Assembly: GCA_963666835.2 (NCBI GenBank)
Contig: CAXXGO010000001.1
Location: 192,001 to 256,000, forward strand
DNA: 64,000 nucleotides
Direction of reading: 5' to 3'
Source: Phycisphaerae bacterium
GTDB lineage: Bacteria > Planctomycetota > Phycisphaerae > UBA1845
Position numbers and translations under genes: made by a program. The number at the start of each line of letters is the position of its first letter. The first letter of the stretch is position 1. Below the pieces are notes generated by a model. That model made no database searches. It was not told where the DNA came from and saw only the letters and a program-made list of their open reading frames with translations. Positions 30,340 through 40,544 of the stretch are shown here, piece by piece.

Positions 30340-31713
30340 ATGTTGCGTCAAACCGTATTGAGCGTTGTTTTCGTGGTCGGCACGAGCGCTTTTGGCCAGG
30401 AGATCAGATGGCAACCGGTTAGCGCAAGCGGTACCGGGTTGGTGTTCGACATTGTCGATCACGCAGCCCTCGAGGGCACTCCGACCGAAATCCGACTGAA
30501 CCTCAGCGGCAATGACGTTGTGGTGACGTTAGAGTTGCACCTCAGCGGCTGGGGCAGCGCCCCGGGGACACCGGATCTCATCTCATACCAAGGCACGATA
30601 GACTCGACCGGCTATGACAACGGCCTGGGGGCTGCCTTGAACCCCTTCGGCTGGCCGACTCCCGATCCCGAGCTGGGGGCTTTCATTGACACGCAGCACC
30701 TTGATTTCGTCTTCCCCGAGCAACCCCTGCAGGCCGTTGCGGTGGTAACGCTTGACTACGAATGGGGCGCCATGAGCATGTCCGGCCCCACCGTGGACGA
30801 CGGTGGCATCTACTACGGCGGCACGTTGATTATCGAGATCCCTGAGGGATCGCGCGGCACGTTCACTATCGACTGGAACCCGTCGGATGCGAAGACGTTT
30901 CTGGTCGATAGCGATGCCCAACTGATCCCCGGCCTGGTGAAAACGTCCGCTCTTATCACGGTGCTCGACTGCAACGAGAACGACGTACCCGATGGTCGCG
31001 ATATCGCCGAGGGAACCAGCGAAGACTGTAACGACAATTCCGTTCCCGACGAGTGCGACGTTGCCGAGGGCACCAGCCCCGACATAAACGGCGGCGGAAT
31101 TCCCGACGAATGCGAGATCGTCCCACCGGTTGCCGCCCCGCCGGAGCACGACGTTCGCAAGAATCGCTACGTGTCCTTCTCACCGGGGAACGAGGGCTTC
31201 AGCACGGCACTTCATATCGAACTTATCGCCAGCGGGGTGTATCCCGAGTCAATTGGGCGAGCCGGCTGGCTAACCGAGCCGACCGCCGAGCACGTTTCTC
31301 GCATAGTCGCAGAACCGTACTTCAACACCGCCTGGCCCGACGTGGTCCACGTCGGCGATTGCGAGATTGCCCCTGCGGCCACATACGCGCTTCGAGTCTC
31401 GGTCAACGGCACCGGCTTTACCGACTCGCTCGAACTGGACACTATCACCCGACCATTGCCGAAAAGCTGGGCGGACGTGGTCGGCAGCTTCGGCATCCAA
31501 GGATGGTCCGCCCCCGACGGCATCGTCAACATGAGCGACATCCAAGCGGTTCTGCAGTGCTTCACCGGGTCACCATCCGCCCCCCATAGAACCTGGGTCG
31601 ACCTGGACGGCGAGGTACCGAACATGATCCTGAACATGACCGACGTCCAGCAGGCCGTCAGCGGCTTCAAAGGGCTCCCCTACCCCTTTAGCGCACCCGC
31701 CGATTGCCCCTGA
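30340..31713 (+). CDS. Secreted protein: cohesin-like beta domain, DCN..PDEC repeats, dockerin-like C-terminal module
   Basis: Signal peptide MLRQTVLSVVFVVGTSAFG; GTLIIEIPEGSRGTFTIDW; KNRYVSF...GIVNMSDI...DLDGEVPN..LNMTDV...PADCP. Confidence 0.8.
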   Translation: MLRQTVLSVVFVVGTSAFGQEIRWQPVSASGTGLVFDIVDHAALEGTPTEIRLNLSGNDVVVTLELHLSGWGSAPGTPDLISYQGTIDSTGYDNGLGAALNPFGWPTPDPELGAFIDTQHLDFVFPEQPLQAVAVVTLDYEWGAMSMSGPTVDDGGIYYGGTLIIEIPEGSRGTFTIDWNPSDAKTFLVDSDAQLIPGLVKTSALITVLDCNENDVPDGRDIAEGTSEDCNDNSVPDECDVAEGTSPDINGGGIPDECEIVPPVAAPPEHDVRKNRYVSFSPGNEGFSTALHIELIASGVYPESIGRAGWLTEPTAEHVSRIVAEPYFNTAWPDVVHVGDCEIAPAATYALRVSVNGTGFTDSLELDTITRPLPKSWADVVGSFGIQGWSAPDGIVNMSDIQAVLQCFTGSPSAPHRTWVDLDGEVPNMILNMTDVQQAVSGFKGLPYPFSAPADCP

Positions 31714-31932
31714 CCACCTGCTGAAACCGTTACCCGTCGGGCACGAAGCCGCTTCGCCGGCGACGTCCACTTGAAACACGATCCACTTGCGTACCCGGGC
31801 GAAATCGGGCAAGGTGTTTGGTCGGTTGTGGGTGCTCCGACAAATGGAGCCGATCGGTACTCTCCGACCCTTCGCCGGGGACGGGTGTACCGCGTCGAAG
31901 GTAGCTGACGGCACGTTCGCGGAGTGATGGGA

Positions 31933-33954
31933 ATGCCGATTGTTGATTCACGGACAGGAAAGGCGACACGCGAGTATTCAACCGCCGAGCTGCGGGAAAC
32001 CGCCCGCCGAATGCGCGGCTGGGCGTTGCTCAGCCTGCACGCGGCGAGTTCGGGGCACTCCGGGGGCACGCTTTCGATCATGGACGTTGCGGCCGCTCTT
32101 TACCTGCAGGTCATCCGTCACGACCCACAGAACCCGCAGTGGAGCGACCGCGATCGGGTGTACTGGTCGGTCGGACACAAGGCTCCGGCTCTGTACGTAG
32201 CCCTGGCCTTCGCCGGGTACTTCGACCGGGCCGATTGTCTGAAACTCCGTCAATACGGCAGCGGACTCGAGGGCCATCCCAACCGTTTCGAGCTACCGGG
32301 TGTCGAAGTGTCATCCGGATCGCTCGGGCAGGGTCTGAGCATATCCGTGGGCTCGGCGCTTAGCGCCCGACTGAACGGGCAGGCGTACCGCGTCTATTGC
32401 ATCATGGGCGACGGTGAACAGCAGGAGGGGCAGGTTTGGGAAGCCGCCATGGCCGCCGCCCACTACAAACTCGACAACCTGACCGCCATTATCGACCAGA
32501 ACCACCTGCAGATCGACGGACGGGTCGAGCAGGTAATGAACGTCTTCCCCTTAGCCGAAAAATACGCGGCCTTCGGCTGGAACGTGATCGAAACGGACGG
32601 GCACGACCCGGATGAGCTGCTGTCCGCGTTCGAAAGTGCCGCCGCCGAAGTGGGCAAACCGACCCTTGTCATCGCCCAAACGATCAAAGGCAAAGGCGTG
32701 TCATTCATGGAGGACGTTGCCGGGTGGCACGGAAAGGCCCCGAACCGCGCAGAGTTGGAAACCGCGCTGGCGGAGCTGCAATGCTCGTGGGATATTGACA
32801 CTGAGCTGTCACAAACGCTTGAAGACCAAAAGCGGATCAGCGCTGAACTGCGCGCTGCGACCCCGTCTTTCAAAAACGACTATTGGTGGAACGCCGGAGG
32901 CGAAATGCAGGTCGATCTGGAGCCCACCCGGCTCGGGTTCGGCAGATGCCTGCAAGAACATGGGGACGATCCGCGAGTTTGCTGCTTGGGCGCCGACATC
33001 TCCGACTCCATAGCCATGAGCGGCTTCTATAAGAACCACCCCGAGCGGCGGAACCGCTGGCTCTCCATGGGAATCGCGGAACAGTCCGGAACGTGCGTGG
33101 CCGCCGGGCTCGCCCTGGAGGGTAAGATCCCGGTCTTTGGAACGTACGGCGTGTTCGCGGCCGGGCGAGCCCTCGACCAGCTCCGCACCACGGTGTGCTA
33201 CAACAACCTGAACGTCAAGATCGCCGGGGCCCACGGCGGCGTGTCCGTCGGCCCGGACGGGGCTACCCACCAAGCCCTGGAGGAGTTCTTTCAGGTCTGC
33301 GGGCTGCCGAACATGCACGTCGTCGCCGGAGCCGACGACATTGAAACCGAACGACTGACCAGAACCTGCCTGTTCGACATTGACGGACCCTGCTACGTCC
33401 GCTTCGCCCGCGAGGCTACCCCGACCGTCACCACGGTGGATACCCCCCTGGTGTTCGGCAAAGCCAACGTGATTCGGTTCCGCGGAGTACAACCCCGGTT
33501 CGCAGACGCGTTCGAGACCGTCCCGGCCGACCAATACACTTGTGAAAATGAGGATGTCGCCATCATTTCCAACGGTCCGGAGCTGGCGGAAGCCATGCGG
33601 GCGGCCTGGATCCTCAAACAGGAATTCAGGCTCGAAACGCGGGTGATCAACGCCCATACTATGAAGCCGTTCGATGAGCAAGCGGTCGTACGCGCCGCGC
33701 GCGAATGCCCGGTGGTGCTCACTGCGGAAGAGCATCAGACCGGCGGCTTGGGCAACATCGTGGCCGGGGCGATTCTTCGGGCGGGGCTCGATCGCGGTGC
33801 CGACACTCCGTCACCGATCTTCGATATGATCGGCATCCCCGACAAGTTTGGCTGCTCGGGCAAACCCTGGGAACTTATTCGGGCGTTCGGGCTCTCCGCC
33901 GAGCACCTCGCCGCCCGAGCCCGCGATCTGATCGATAGACAATCGTCCACCTGA
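31933..33954 (+). CDS. tkt: Transketolase (single chain resembling fused halves of the split type)
   Basis: SGHSGGTLS, LEGHP, SGSLGQG, ThDP motif GDGEQQEGQVWEA...N, GIAEQ, GPDGATHQ, TAEEH. Confidence 0.92.
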   Translation: MPIVDSRTGKATREYSTAELRETARRMRGWALLSLHAASSGHSGGTLSIMDVAAALYLQVIRHDPQNPQWSDRDRVYWSVGHKAPALYVALAFAGYFDRADCLKLRQYGSGLEGHPNRFELPGVEVSSGSLGQGLSISVGSALSARLNGQAYRVYCIMGDGEQQEGQVWEAAMAAAHYKLDNLTAIIDQNHLQIDGRVEQVMNVFPLAEKYAAFGWNVIETDGHDPDELLSAFESAAAEVGKPTLVIAQTIKGKGVSFMEDVAGWHGKAPNRAELETALAELQCSWDIDTELSQTLEDQKRISAELRAATPSFKNDYWWNAGGEMQVDLEPTRLGFGRCLQEHGDDPRVCCLGADISDSIAMSGFYKNHPERRNRWLSMGIAEQSGTCVAAGLALEGKIPVFGTYGVFAAGRALDQLRTTVCYNNLNVKIAGAHGGVSVGPDGATHQALEEFFQVCGLPNMHVVAGADDIETERLTRTCLFDIDGPCYVRFAREATPTVTTVDTPLVFGKANVIRFRGVQPRFADAFETVPADQYTCENEDVAIISNGPELAEAMRAAWILKQEFRLETRVINAHTMKPFDEQAVVRAARECPVVLTAEEHQTGGLGNIVAGAILRAGLDRGADTPSPIFDMIGIPDKFGCSGKPWELIRAFGLSAEHLAARARDLIDRQSST

Positions 33955-33972
33955 CCCGGGTTATTCACCCAA

Positions 33973-34121
33973 GTAGGTTGGGCTCTGCCCAACACCAAAC
34001 CAGCGTGAACAAGTAAGCCGCGCCGACCTCACGCCATCGAAAATGATTCGGTATACAAGAAGCATACTCCGCCCGTGGAAACAAACCGAGCCCACAAGGC
34101 GTCGGGCAAAGCCCGACCTAC
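33973..34121 (-). mobile_element. Miniature non-autonomous element: inverted GTAG REPs flanking the 5' remnant of a RAYT-like transposase
   Basis: GTAGGTTGGGCTCTGCCCAAC (33973-33993) and reverse-strand GTAGGTCGGGCTTTGCCCGAC (34101-34121); 34054->33995 reads IPNHFRWREVGAAYLFTLVW. Confidence 0.72.
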
Positions 34122-34138
34122 TTGCCTGACCGCGCCAA

Positions 34139-35752
34139 TCAGCCGGTTCGGGGCCTGATCAGAATTAACGAACCCACAACGAAGACAAGTAATGACATAT
34201 TTAAGACACCCCATTCAGAAACTGCCGGGACCGCGTCATCGCCGGGATCCGCCATTTCGAAGTCGTCCAGAATGGCCTTCGCCAAGTTGGACAGGGTGAC
34301 CGTGCTCACGTCTGCGTCGGCGAATACACTGACGGCCAAGTTGGCTTGCGGCCGGAGGACGAAACCGCTGGCAAACCCCGGTCGACTTCCTCCATGCCCC
34401 ACCTGAGCAACAGGTTCACCGGGCAAGGTATCGGTGAAGAAGCCAATACCGTAATAGGGCTCGTACGGACAACCGGGGGCACAGCCCAGATCGCTCGTCC
34501 GCTCCCAGAGGTCTCGGATCCCCTCTTGCGAAACCAACCCCCCAGGGCCGTGATACGCGGCCAGCAGAGCCTCGGCGAAATGGGCCAGGTCGACAACCGA
34601 GGCGATCACGCCGCCTGCCGGGTCGCGGGCTTCGGCATCCGCCTCATCCAGATGGTAGTATTGATACGAATACGGGTCGCCGGGCATGTCGTCACTACTG
34701 TAGAAGTTGTCTTCGCACCGTTCATCCACGGGGCTTACCTGGTTGATGTACGGACCAACGTGCATGGAGGACGCCTGCGCGACCGCGGCACCATCGCCGA
34801 TCGGCGTATTTCGCGCCCGAGCCCCATCAAGAGTCGCGGTGCACATACCCGCAGCGTCGAAGACGCGAGTCTGGAGAATGTGCTCGAAGCTCTGGCCGGT
34901 TCGACTGGCCAGGTAGGCGCCGGCGAGCGAGTAGTTGAACGCCGAGTACGCAAAGCCGCCTCCCAGGTTGCCGTACGTCGGACTATCGTAGTGAGGGGAG
35001 ACAAGATCGTCGGGTTCAAGCCAGAAGGCCGCCAAGTCATGCGGATAGCAGAACAAATGCAGAGCGCTGTCATCCAGACTGAACGCCCCCCGGTGACTGA
35101 GAAGCTGGCCCAGGGTCACCTCGCCATCAACGACGACCTGAGTCGCGTCGTCGTCATTAACATAATCCCCAAAGGAGAGCTCGCCGCTCTCTTCCAAGAC
35201 CTTCGCGGCGAGGGCCGCAACGGATTTACTGGTCGAACCCACACGATAGAGCCGGTTGACTCCGTCCGGATCATGTTCGTATTGACCTTGCCCCGTGTAC
35301 GTAAACGCATCGGCAAAATGCACGACACCGGACTTGACCACCGCAAACGCCACGTGGACGACGAACACCCCGTCGTTAGGATCCAGGAGCACCTGCACAA
35401 CTCTCTCCCGCGCCTTACATTCCGGTCGCGCGTCGTTGTCCGGGTCTTGATCCATCGGATCACAGGCACTCCAGTCGAATCCCGGATCGTAGATCACCGT
35501 CGGGCAGGTATCGTCGAGGTCGGGAATGCCATCTTCGTCGGTGTCGCTCTTGCCACCCCCCTCGGCGATCCGCGCGGCAGGACTCGCAATGTGTGGAATC
35601 GCAGTGCCCGGCGAGGGCTCCTCACTCCCGCCTGGCAGACGATCGCCCCGCCCGGAACGCACCACCACCGTAATTAGCAGAGCCGCGAGCACCGCTGACA
35701 GACGACTTTCACGTACAATCGCGGCCGATCTCGCCCTGAACACGCCCCGCAT
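34139..35752 (-). CDS. Serine hydrolase (beta-lactamase/peptidase S12 family) with IPTL-CTERM-like tail
   Basis: SxxK (GSTSKS), TLGQLLSHRGA, FAYS, HGGSRPGF; AVPAVSEWG+TM+RPR. Confidence 0.88.
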   Translation of the reverse strand: MRGVFRARSAAIVRESRLSAVLAALLITVVVRSGRGDRLPGGSEEPSPGTAIPHIASPAARIAEGGGKSDTDEDGIPDLDDTCPTVIYDPGFDWSACDPMDQDPDNDARPECKARERVVQVLLDPNDGVFVVHVAFAVVKSGVVHFADAFTYTGQGQYEHDPDGVNRLYRVGSTSKSVAALAAKVLEESGELSFGDYVNDDDATQVVVDGEVTLGQLLSHRGAFSLDDSALHLFCYPHDLAAFWLEPDDLVSPHYDSPTYGNLGGGFAYSAFNYSLAGAYLASRTGQSFEHILQTRVFDAAGMCTATLDGARARNTPIGDGAAVAQASSMHVGPYINQVSPVDERCEDNFYSSDDMPGDPYSYQYYHLDEADAEARDPAGGVIASVVDLAHFAEALLAAYHGPGGLVSQEGIRDLWERTSDLGCAPGCPYEPYYGIGFFTDTLPGEPVAQVGHGGSRPGFASGFVLRPQANLAVSVFADADVSTVTLSNLAKAILDDFEMADPGDDAVPAVSEWGVLNMSLLVFVVGSLILIRPRTG

Positions 35753-35955
35753 CTTCACCTTCCTCAGAGATTGCCCACCACCCAAGTGCGAAACCCGGAT
35801 TATACCCGAGGTGCCACCCTTAACTCCAGCCGGAACCTCGAGCCCTGGCCAGGAAGGGTGGCCGCACAATCGCCCACCCGGGAACAACGCCGGTTGGGTC
35901 TATGATCCGCGAGATTATAGGACTACGCGGCGAGTACGGCGCTATCGCCAGCGTC

Positions 35956-37407
35956 TCAATCACCGGAACCGCCGCCAAACCTCTGCCCGGCGGCATTGTT
36001 CGGTAGGACGGCAACGCGGGCAGCGTCCTTTTCCACGAGGATCATCCCGACCAGCATGCCATCGCGGCGCGCCAGCACACTCGCCCCGTGCCACGCGGGG
36101 TCTATCGATATGGCCGAATCGATCTGCCACCATTGGCCTTCAGGTGTCAATCTTGTGTCAGTCAAAGGCAACACGGCCCCCGCCGGGTCGGCTACGGCGA
36201 GGCAATCCTCCGGCTCGATGGGAAACCGCCGCGACGAAGCCGGCCACGAAACCGGCGTCACCCGCACGTCCAGCAGCGCTAGCCTGCCGTCGGTCCAAGC
36301 CGGACCGGACGTCAGCGGGACCGCACGGCCGGCAACTTCAAGCACTACGGAATCGGGATCGACCTTGTCTGACGGATTCAACAGATCCGCCGGACCGAGC
36401 AAGCCCCCCTCCGTTTGCAGCACCCAGCCCCGGCGAGATTGCTCGGATTTTATCCAACGACCTTGCTCCCAGCCGATTACCGCCCGCATCGGCGCCGGCA
36501 TGACCGCCCCGGCCGGAAGGAAGGAACTGCCGATTGCCGCCAGCGGCTCCCACTCCAACCAATCCTCCGGAGGATCCTCCGCTAAACGAAAGCGATGCCC
36601 GGTACGAACCACTTCTCCCGCGGCGCCCGGGGTCGCCAGGGCAATGCCCCCGGCCAGAAGCGCTTCGAGTGATTCAAACCCCAGCGAGACTCCACCGATC
36701 CCTAAGCGTGCTTCGAGCCCTCCAACACTCCAGAACTGCGTATCGGAACGAATCAGCTGGGAATAAGCCTTCTTGATATGCACCCGAGATTCCACCCCAC
36801 TGCCGTCTCCCGTCAAGCCGACAGATAGAACCGTTCCGACCGGCACTTGCCGGTATAACACTGGCACTCCGGGACGCACGCTACCGCGTTGCGCCGTCTC
36901 CAAAACAACCTCCAGATCTCCGGGATCAACAGGCTCGACAATCGGAGCACAATCCAATCCGATGAAATGCCGGCGCGGCGAACCCTCCCCCGGAAGCAAA
37001 GCCAAGTACCGCGGACCGATGAGAGTCTCCAGACCGGCAACTCCGGTGATGTCGAACTGCGGGCGGACGACCCAGATTCGAGTGCCCGCCCGGGCGAGCC
37101 GGTCGGCCTGCCCTTGCAGCGCGGCCGTCACGACAATCCCCGCAGAGTCTTCAGTCAGTTCGATCGCGCGCACCTGCCCTACCACGATCCCGCGATAGCG
37201 CACCTCGTCACCCGGACCAAGCCCATGCCCCTGCTCAAACTGAACGGTAATCAGCACCCCGCGCAACAGCCACGAATGATAACCCAGCCACCCAGCGAGA
37301 ATCACCGCTAATAACGGTATCAGCCAGGCGCGCGACAGACGCCGCTCCGGCCGAAGCACGGCCTGCGGCATGCTCTCGGTTTCTGCGGTCGGTTCCATAG
37401 GTCTCAC
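35956..37407 (-). CDS. pqiB: PqiB-like protein with two MCE domains and an extra C-terminal domain
   Basis: AWLIPLLA TM; GLGPGDEVRYRGIVVGQV; GSVRPGVPVLYRQVPVGTV; adjacent to pqiA. Confidence 0.85.
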   Translation of the reverse strand: MRPMEPTAETESMPQAVLRPERRLSRAWLIPLLAVILAGWLGYHSWLLRGVLITVQFEQGHGLGPGDEVRYRGIVVGQVRAIELTEDSAGIVVTAALQGQADRLARAGTRIWVVRPQFDITGVAGLETLIGPRYLALLPGEGSPRRHFIGLDCAPIVEPVDPGDLEVVLETAQRGSVRPGVPVLYRQVPVGTVLSVGLTGDGSGVESRVHIKKAYSQLIRSDTQFWSVGGLEARLGIGGVSLGFESLEALLAGGIALATPGAAGEVVRTGHRFRLAEDPPEDWLEWEPLAAIGSSFLPAGAVMPAPMRAVIGWEQGRWIKSEQSRRGWVLQTEGGLLGPADLLNPSDKVDPDSVVLEVAGRAVPLTSGPAWTDGRLALLDVRVTPVSWPASSRRFPIEPEDCLAVADPAGAVLPLTDTRLTPEGQWWQIDSAISIDPAWHGASVLARRDGMLVGMILVEKDAARVAVLPNNAAGQRFGGGSGD

Positions 37408-37510
37408 CTGATGGGCCTATATCCAGAATTCATCCCTTCTGCGCCGCAACGGACTCGGCCCCGCCGCGCCCCACTCCAACGGCCCGGATACGCCGTCGGT
37501 CAGTGTATCT

Positions 37511-38188
37511 CTACACCCTCTTATTCTGTTCTCCACCTGAGTCGGAAACTTGCGGCGAAGCGAAAGCTGCCACCTCCCAAAGACTGTGCGGGTCGAACGT
37601 CGCCGTCGCCAGCAGGCTCAATACTACGCAGCACGTAAACGCCAACGCGGCCGGGCCCGCGCCCACTTCCACCAAGTCGCCGATCTTCAAAACGGCCACG
37701 AGAATAGCTACCAACAGCACATCCAACATGCCCCAGCGTCCGGCCCACTCGACAACGTGGTAGGTCATTGCGCGGTGCGCATGTCTCAACCGCAGTCCCC
37801 CGGCCGACAGAACAAACAGCGCAATCAACTTCCCAAGCGGCAGCACAATCGAGCAGAGTAATACTACTACTCCAACAACGATGTGCCCGGACCCCAGCAA
37901 GGTGGCCGTGCCCTCGATAATACTCGCATCGTTATGGTGCCCGAACCTCTCAACGCGGATCATCGGAAGCGCCACGGCCAGCGGATAGAGGATCAGTGCC
38001 GCCAACGCGATCGCCGCGGTACGGTTGTTGCTGCGAAGAGCGGTCGACCGTTTGTGCAGGCTCGTGCCGCACCGGGCACAGCACGCCCGCATCCGCTGCG
38101 GTACCGGCGGGACCTTCTGGGTCAGCCCGCAGCACGGGCACGCCCGGATTGCAGCGGCAGACATTTCCATGACATCAGATTCAGGCAT
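37511..38188 (-). CDS. pqiA: Paraquat-inducible protein A (single PqiA domain); start uncertain
   Basis: CPCCG..CARCG; ALILYPLA; GRWGMLDVLLVAILVA; FDPHSLW. Confidence 0.88.
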   Translation of the reverse strand: MPESDVMEMSAAAIRACPCCGLTQKVPPVPQRMRACCARCGTSLHKRSTALRSNNRTAAIALAALILYPLAVALPMIRVERFGHHNDASIIEGTATLLGSGHIVVGVVVLLCSIVLPLGKLIALFVLSAGGLRLRHAHRAMTYHVVEWAGRWGMLDVLLVAILVAVLKIGDLVEVGAGPAALAFTCCVVLSLLATATFDPHSLWEVAAFASPQVSDSGGEQNKRV

Positions 38189-38638
38189 GACCATTTCAGT
38201 CAAGGCTACTCTCGTACCAGACCGCACAGTCGGCGCAAGCGCTACCGGCTGCGACTGTTCAGATTGTCCGTGTACCCGCCCGACCCTGCTCCGTCAAATG
38301 CCGGGTAGCCGCCGGATAGCGCGGAAGCTCAGAAAGCCGCTCTTCCGCAAGAGCAATGAATGGACCCGCGATCCGCTCCCGCAATATGGGACCTTCACAC
38401 CCGGGGGCGCGGCGCGGTAGCGATAAAACCCGGGGAAGCCCTGGCAGCAAAGGGGCCACCGGCCTCAAGCCTAGTTAATCTACTTAGTTGTCGATGTAGC
38501 GGTACGTGCAGACCGTCAGTTCCGCCTCGTCAGGCTGGTGGGCATCTAAGGTGCGCTTGGGCGTCGAAGAACGCGCACACACCGAATCGGGGCGGTCCGC
38601 GCGAATGCCAAGATGGTCCGTTCCGGCAAGGTGATTCG

Positions 38639-40531
38639 ATGTCGCTAAGATCGAAGGTGCTTGCGATCGTCATGGTCGTCGTTGTCTTATACGGCGGCAT
38701 GAGCCTCGCGATCCAACGGTTGATTGTCTATCCCAGCTTCGTCGCCCTGGAAAAGGCGGAGGCGGAAAAAGACATGATGCGCTGCGTGGAAGCCCTGGAT
38801 CGTGAGGTCCATCACCTCGACGCCTTCGTCCACGATTGGGCCGCGTGGGATGCGACGTACGAATTCATCGTGGAGCCGAACGAGGAATACCAGCAGGGAA
38901 ACTTGATCCAGTCAGCGTTCGTCGACAACTCCATCAATCTCATCTTTCTGGTGAATTCGGACCGAAAGGTCGTGTGGGGGCAGACTCTCGATCTGGACAC
39001 CGAGCAGCATATCGATCTTGGGGGCTTCCCGCCGGATCACTGGCCGGAGAACCACCCCCTGCTGCTCCGTGATTTCGCTGAAGATTCCCTTGCAGACACG
39101 AACATCGCCGGCATATTGCTCACCGAGCGAGCGCCGATGCTGGTCTCTTCCCGGCCGATCCTCACCTCGGAAAACACCGGACCTGTCCGCGGGCATTTAG
39201 TAATGGGGCGGTTCCTGGACGAGCCGCGTATCGCCGCGTTGGCCGAGCAGACTCGCGTGGACCTGGAGGTTCTAAGGATTGCAGATACCTCGCTGACGCC
39301 GGCCGAACATGAGGTCCTTGGAAGAGCATCGTCAGCGGGCTTTCCGCAGCTTCGCGAGGCGGGCGACGATACACTTTTCGTCTACGCCGCCCAGGCGGAC
39401 ATCCTCGGGGTCCCCGCGTTGCTTCTGCGGGCGCAGATTCCCAAGGAAATAACCGCCCGAGGGCGCGCGGCCGTGTGGTTCGCGATGATCTCCGTTTCCG
39501 TGATCGGTTTGGCGATCCTGTTGACCTTGGTTTGGCTGCTGCAGCGAATCGTGGTCGGACCGATCATCAGGCTGACCGATCACGCCATCCGTATCGGGCA
39601 AAACGACGATCTGACCACAAAGCTGCCGCTGCATACGGGTGACGAAATCGGGACACTGGCAACCGAGTTCAACCGGATGGTGGACCGGTTGGCGGATGCG
39701 CGGCAGCGACTCTCGGAACAGTCGTATCGTTCCGGGCTCGCGGAGATGGCCTCCGGGACCCTGCACCACGTACGCAACGCCCTGACACCGATGCTCGGCG
39801 ATCTCGAGAAACTCCGTCTGGAGTTCAAGAAGACCCCACTGGACCAGATTGAGAGGGCCAAACAGGAGCTGGCCGACGAGACTCTTTCTCCGGAACGTCG
39901 GGGCGATCTGTCGCGTTTCCTGGACTTAGCCGGGAACCAGTTGGTCTCCGTGGCCCGCCGCACCCAGCAGGACCTTGCGGACGCAACGGGACGGGCGCGT
40001 GACGTGGAGAAGATCCTCGCCGAGCAAGAGTCCGTCAGTCGCGCCGAGCGCCCTTTGGAAACAGTGCAATTGGACCGCTTGGTAGAACAAGCGGCAGCGT
40101 CATTCCCCGCCGACCTGCGGGAGGTTATCGAGGTGAAAGCCAGCGCATCCGTGGCGGAGACCGGCTCGATCCGCACGCATCGCGTGGTTTTCGCTCAAGT
40201 CGTCGCCGGTCTACTCACCAACGCCGCGGAATCGGCGCTTCGAAGCGAGAAGCCACACGGATGCGTTGGCATCGAAGCAGCTCCAGAAACGATCGACGGG
40301 GTAGACATGGTGCATCTGCAGGTACGGGACAACGGCGACGGCGCCACCCGGGAGCAACTCAACCGCATCTTCGAACGCGACCACGCACCGGAGAAGAGCA
40401 CTCGGACTCTCGGGCTGCATTGGTGTGCCAACACAGTAAACGCAATGGGCGGACGGATCTTCGCGGAAAGTGACGGACTGGGAAAAGGAACTTGTCTGCA
40501 CCTTCTGATCCCCCGGACGCTATCAGGATGA
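38639..40531 (+). CDS. CHASE4-HAMP sensor histidine kinase
   Basis: [11 protein letters not shown] (CHASE4); [13 protein letters not shown] (HAMP); [11 protein letters not shown]-box; [13 protein letters not shown]. Confidence 0.9.
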   Translation: MSLRSKVLAIVMVVVVLYGGMSLAIQRLIVYPSFVALEKAEAEKDMMRCVEALDREVHHLDAFVHDWAAWDATYEFIVEPNEEYQQGNLIQSAFVDNSINLIFLVNSDRKVVWGQTLDLDTEQHIDLGGFPPDHWPENHPLLLRDFAEDSLADTNIAGILLTERAPMLVSSRPILTSENTGPVRGHLVMGRFLDEPRIAALAEQTRVDLEVLRIADTSLTPAEHEVLGRASSAGFPQLREAGDDTLFVYAAQADILGVPALLLRAQIPKEITARGRAAVWFAMISVSVIGLAILLTLVWLLQRIVVGPIIRLTDHAIRIGQNDDLTTKLPLHTGDEIGTLATEFNRMVDRLADARQRLSEQSYRSGLAEMASGTLHHVRNALTPMLGDLEKLRLEFKKTPLDQIERAKQELADETLSPERRGDLSRFLDLAGNQLVSVARRTQQDLADATGRARDVEKILAEQESVSRAERPLETVQLDRLVEQAAASFPADLREVIEVKASASVAETGSIRTHRVVFAQVVAGLLTNAAESALRSEKPHGCVGIEAAPETIDGVDMVHLQVRDNGDGATREQLNRIFERDHAPEKSTRTLGLHWCANTVNAMGGRIFAESDGLGKGTCLHLLIPRTLSG

Positions 40532-40544
40532 GAGGACTGCACGG

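Noticed and set aside
16605..35677. Long antisense or alternate-frame ORFs (e.g. 16605-17657, 32809-33735, 34346-35677)
   Set aside because: Shadow ORFs of well-supported genes, expected in GC-rich DNA; no motifs
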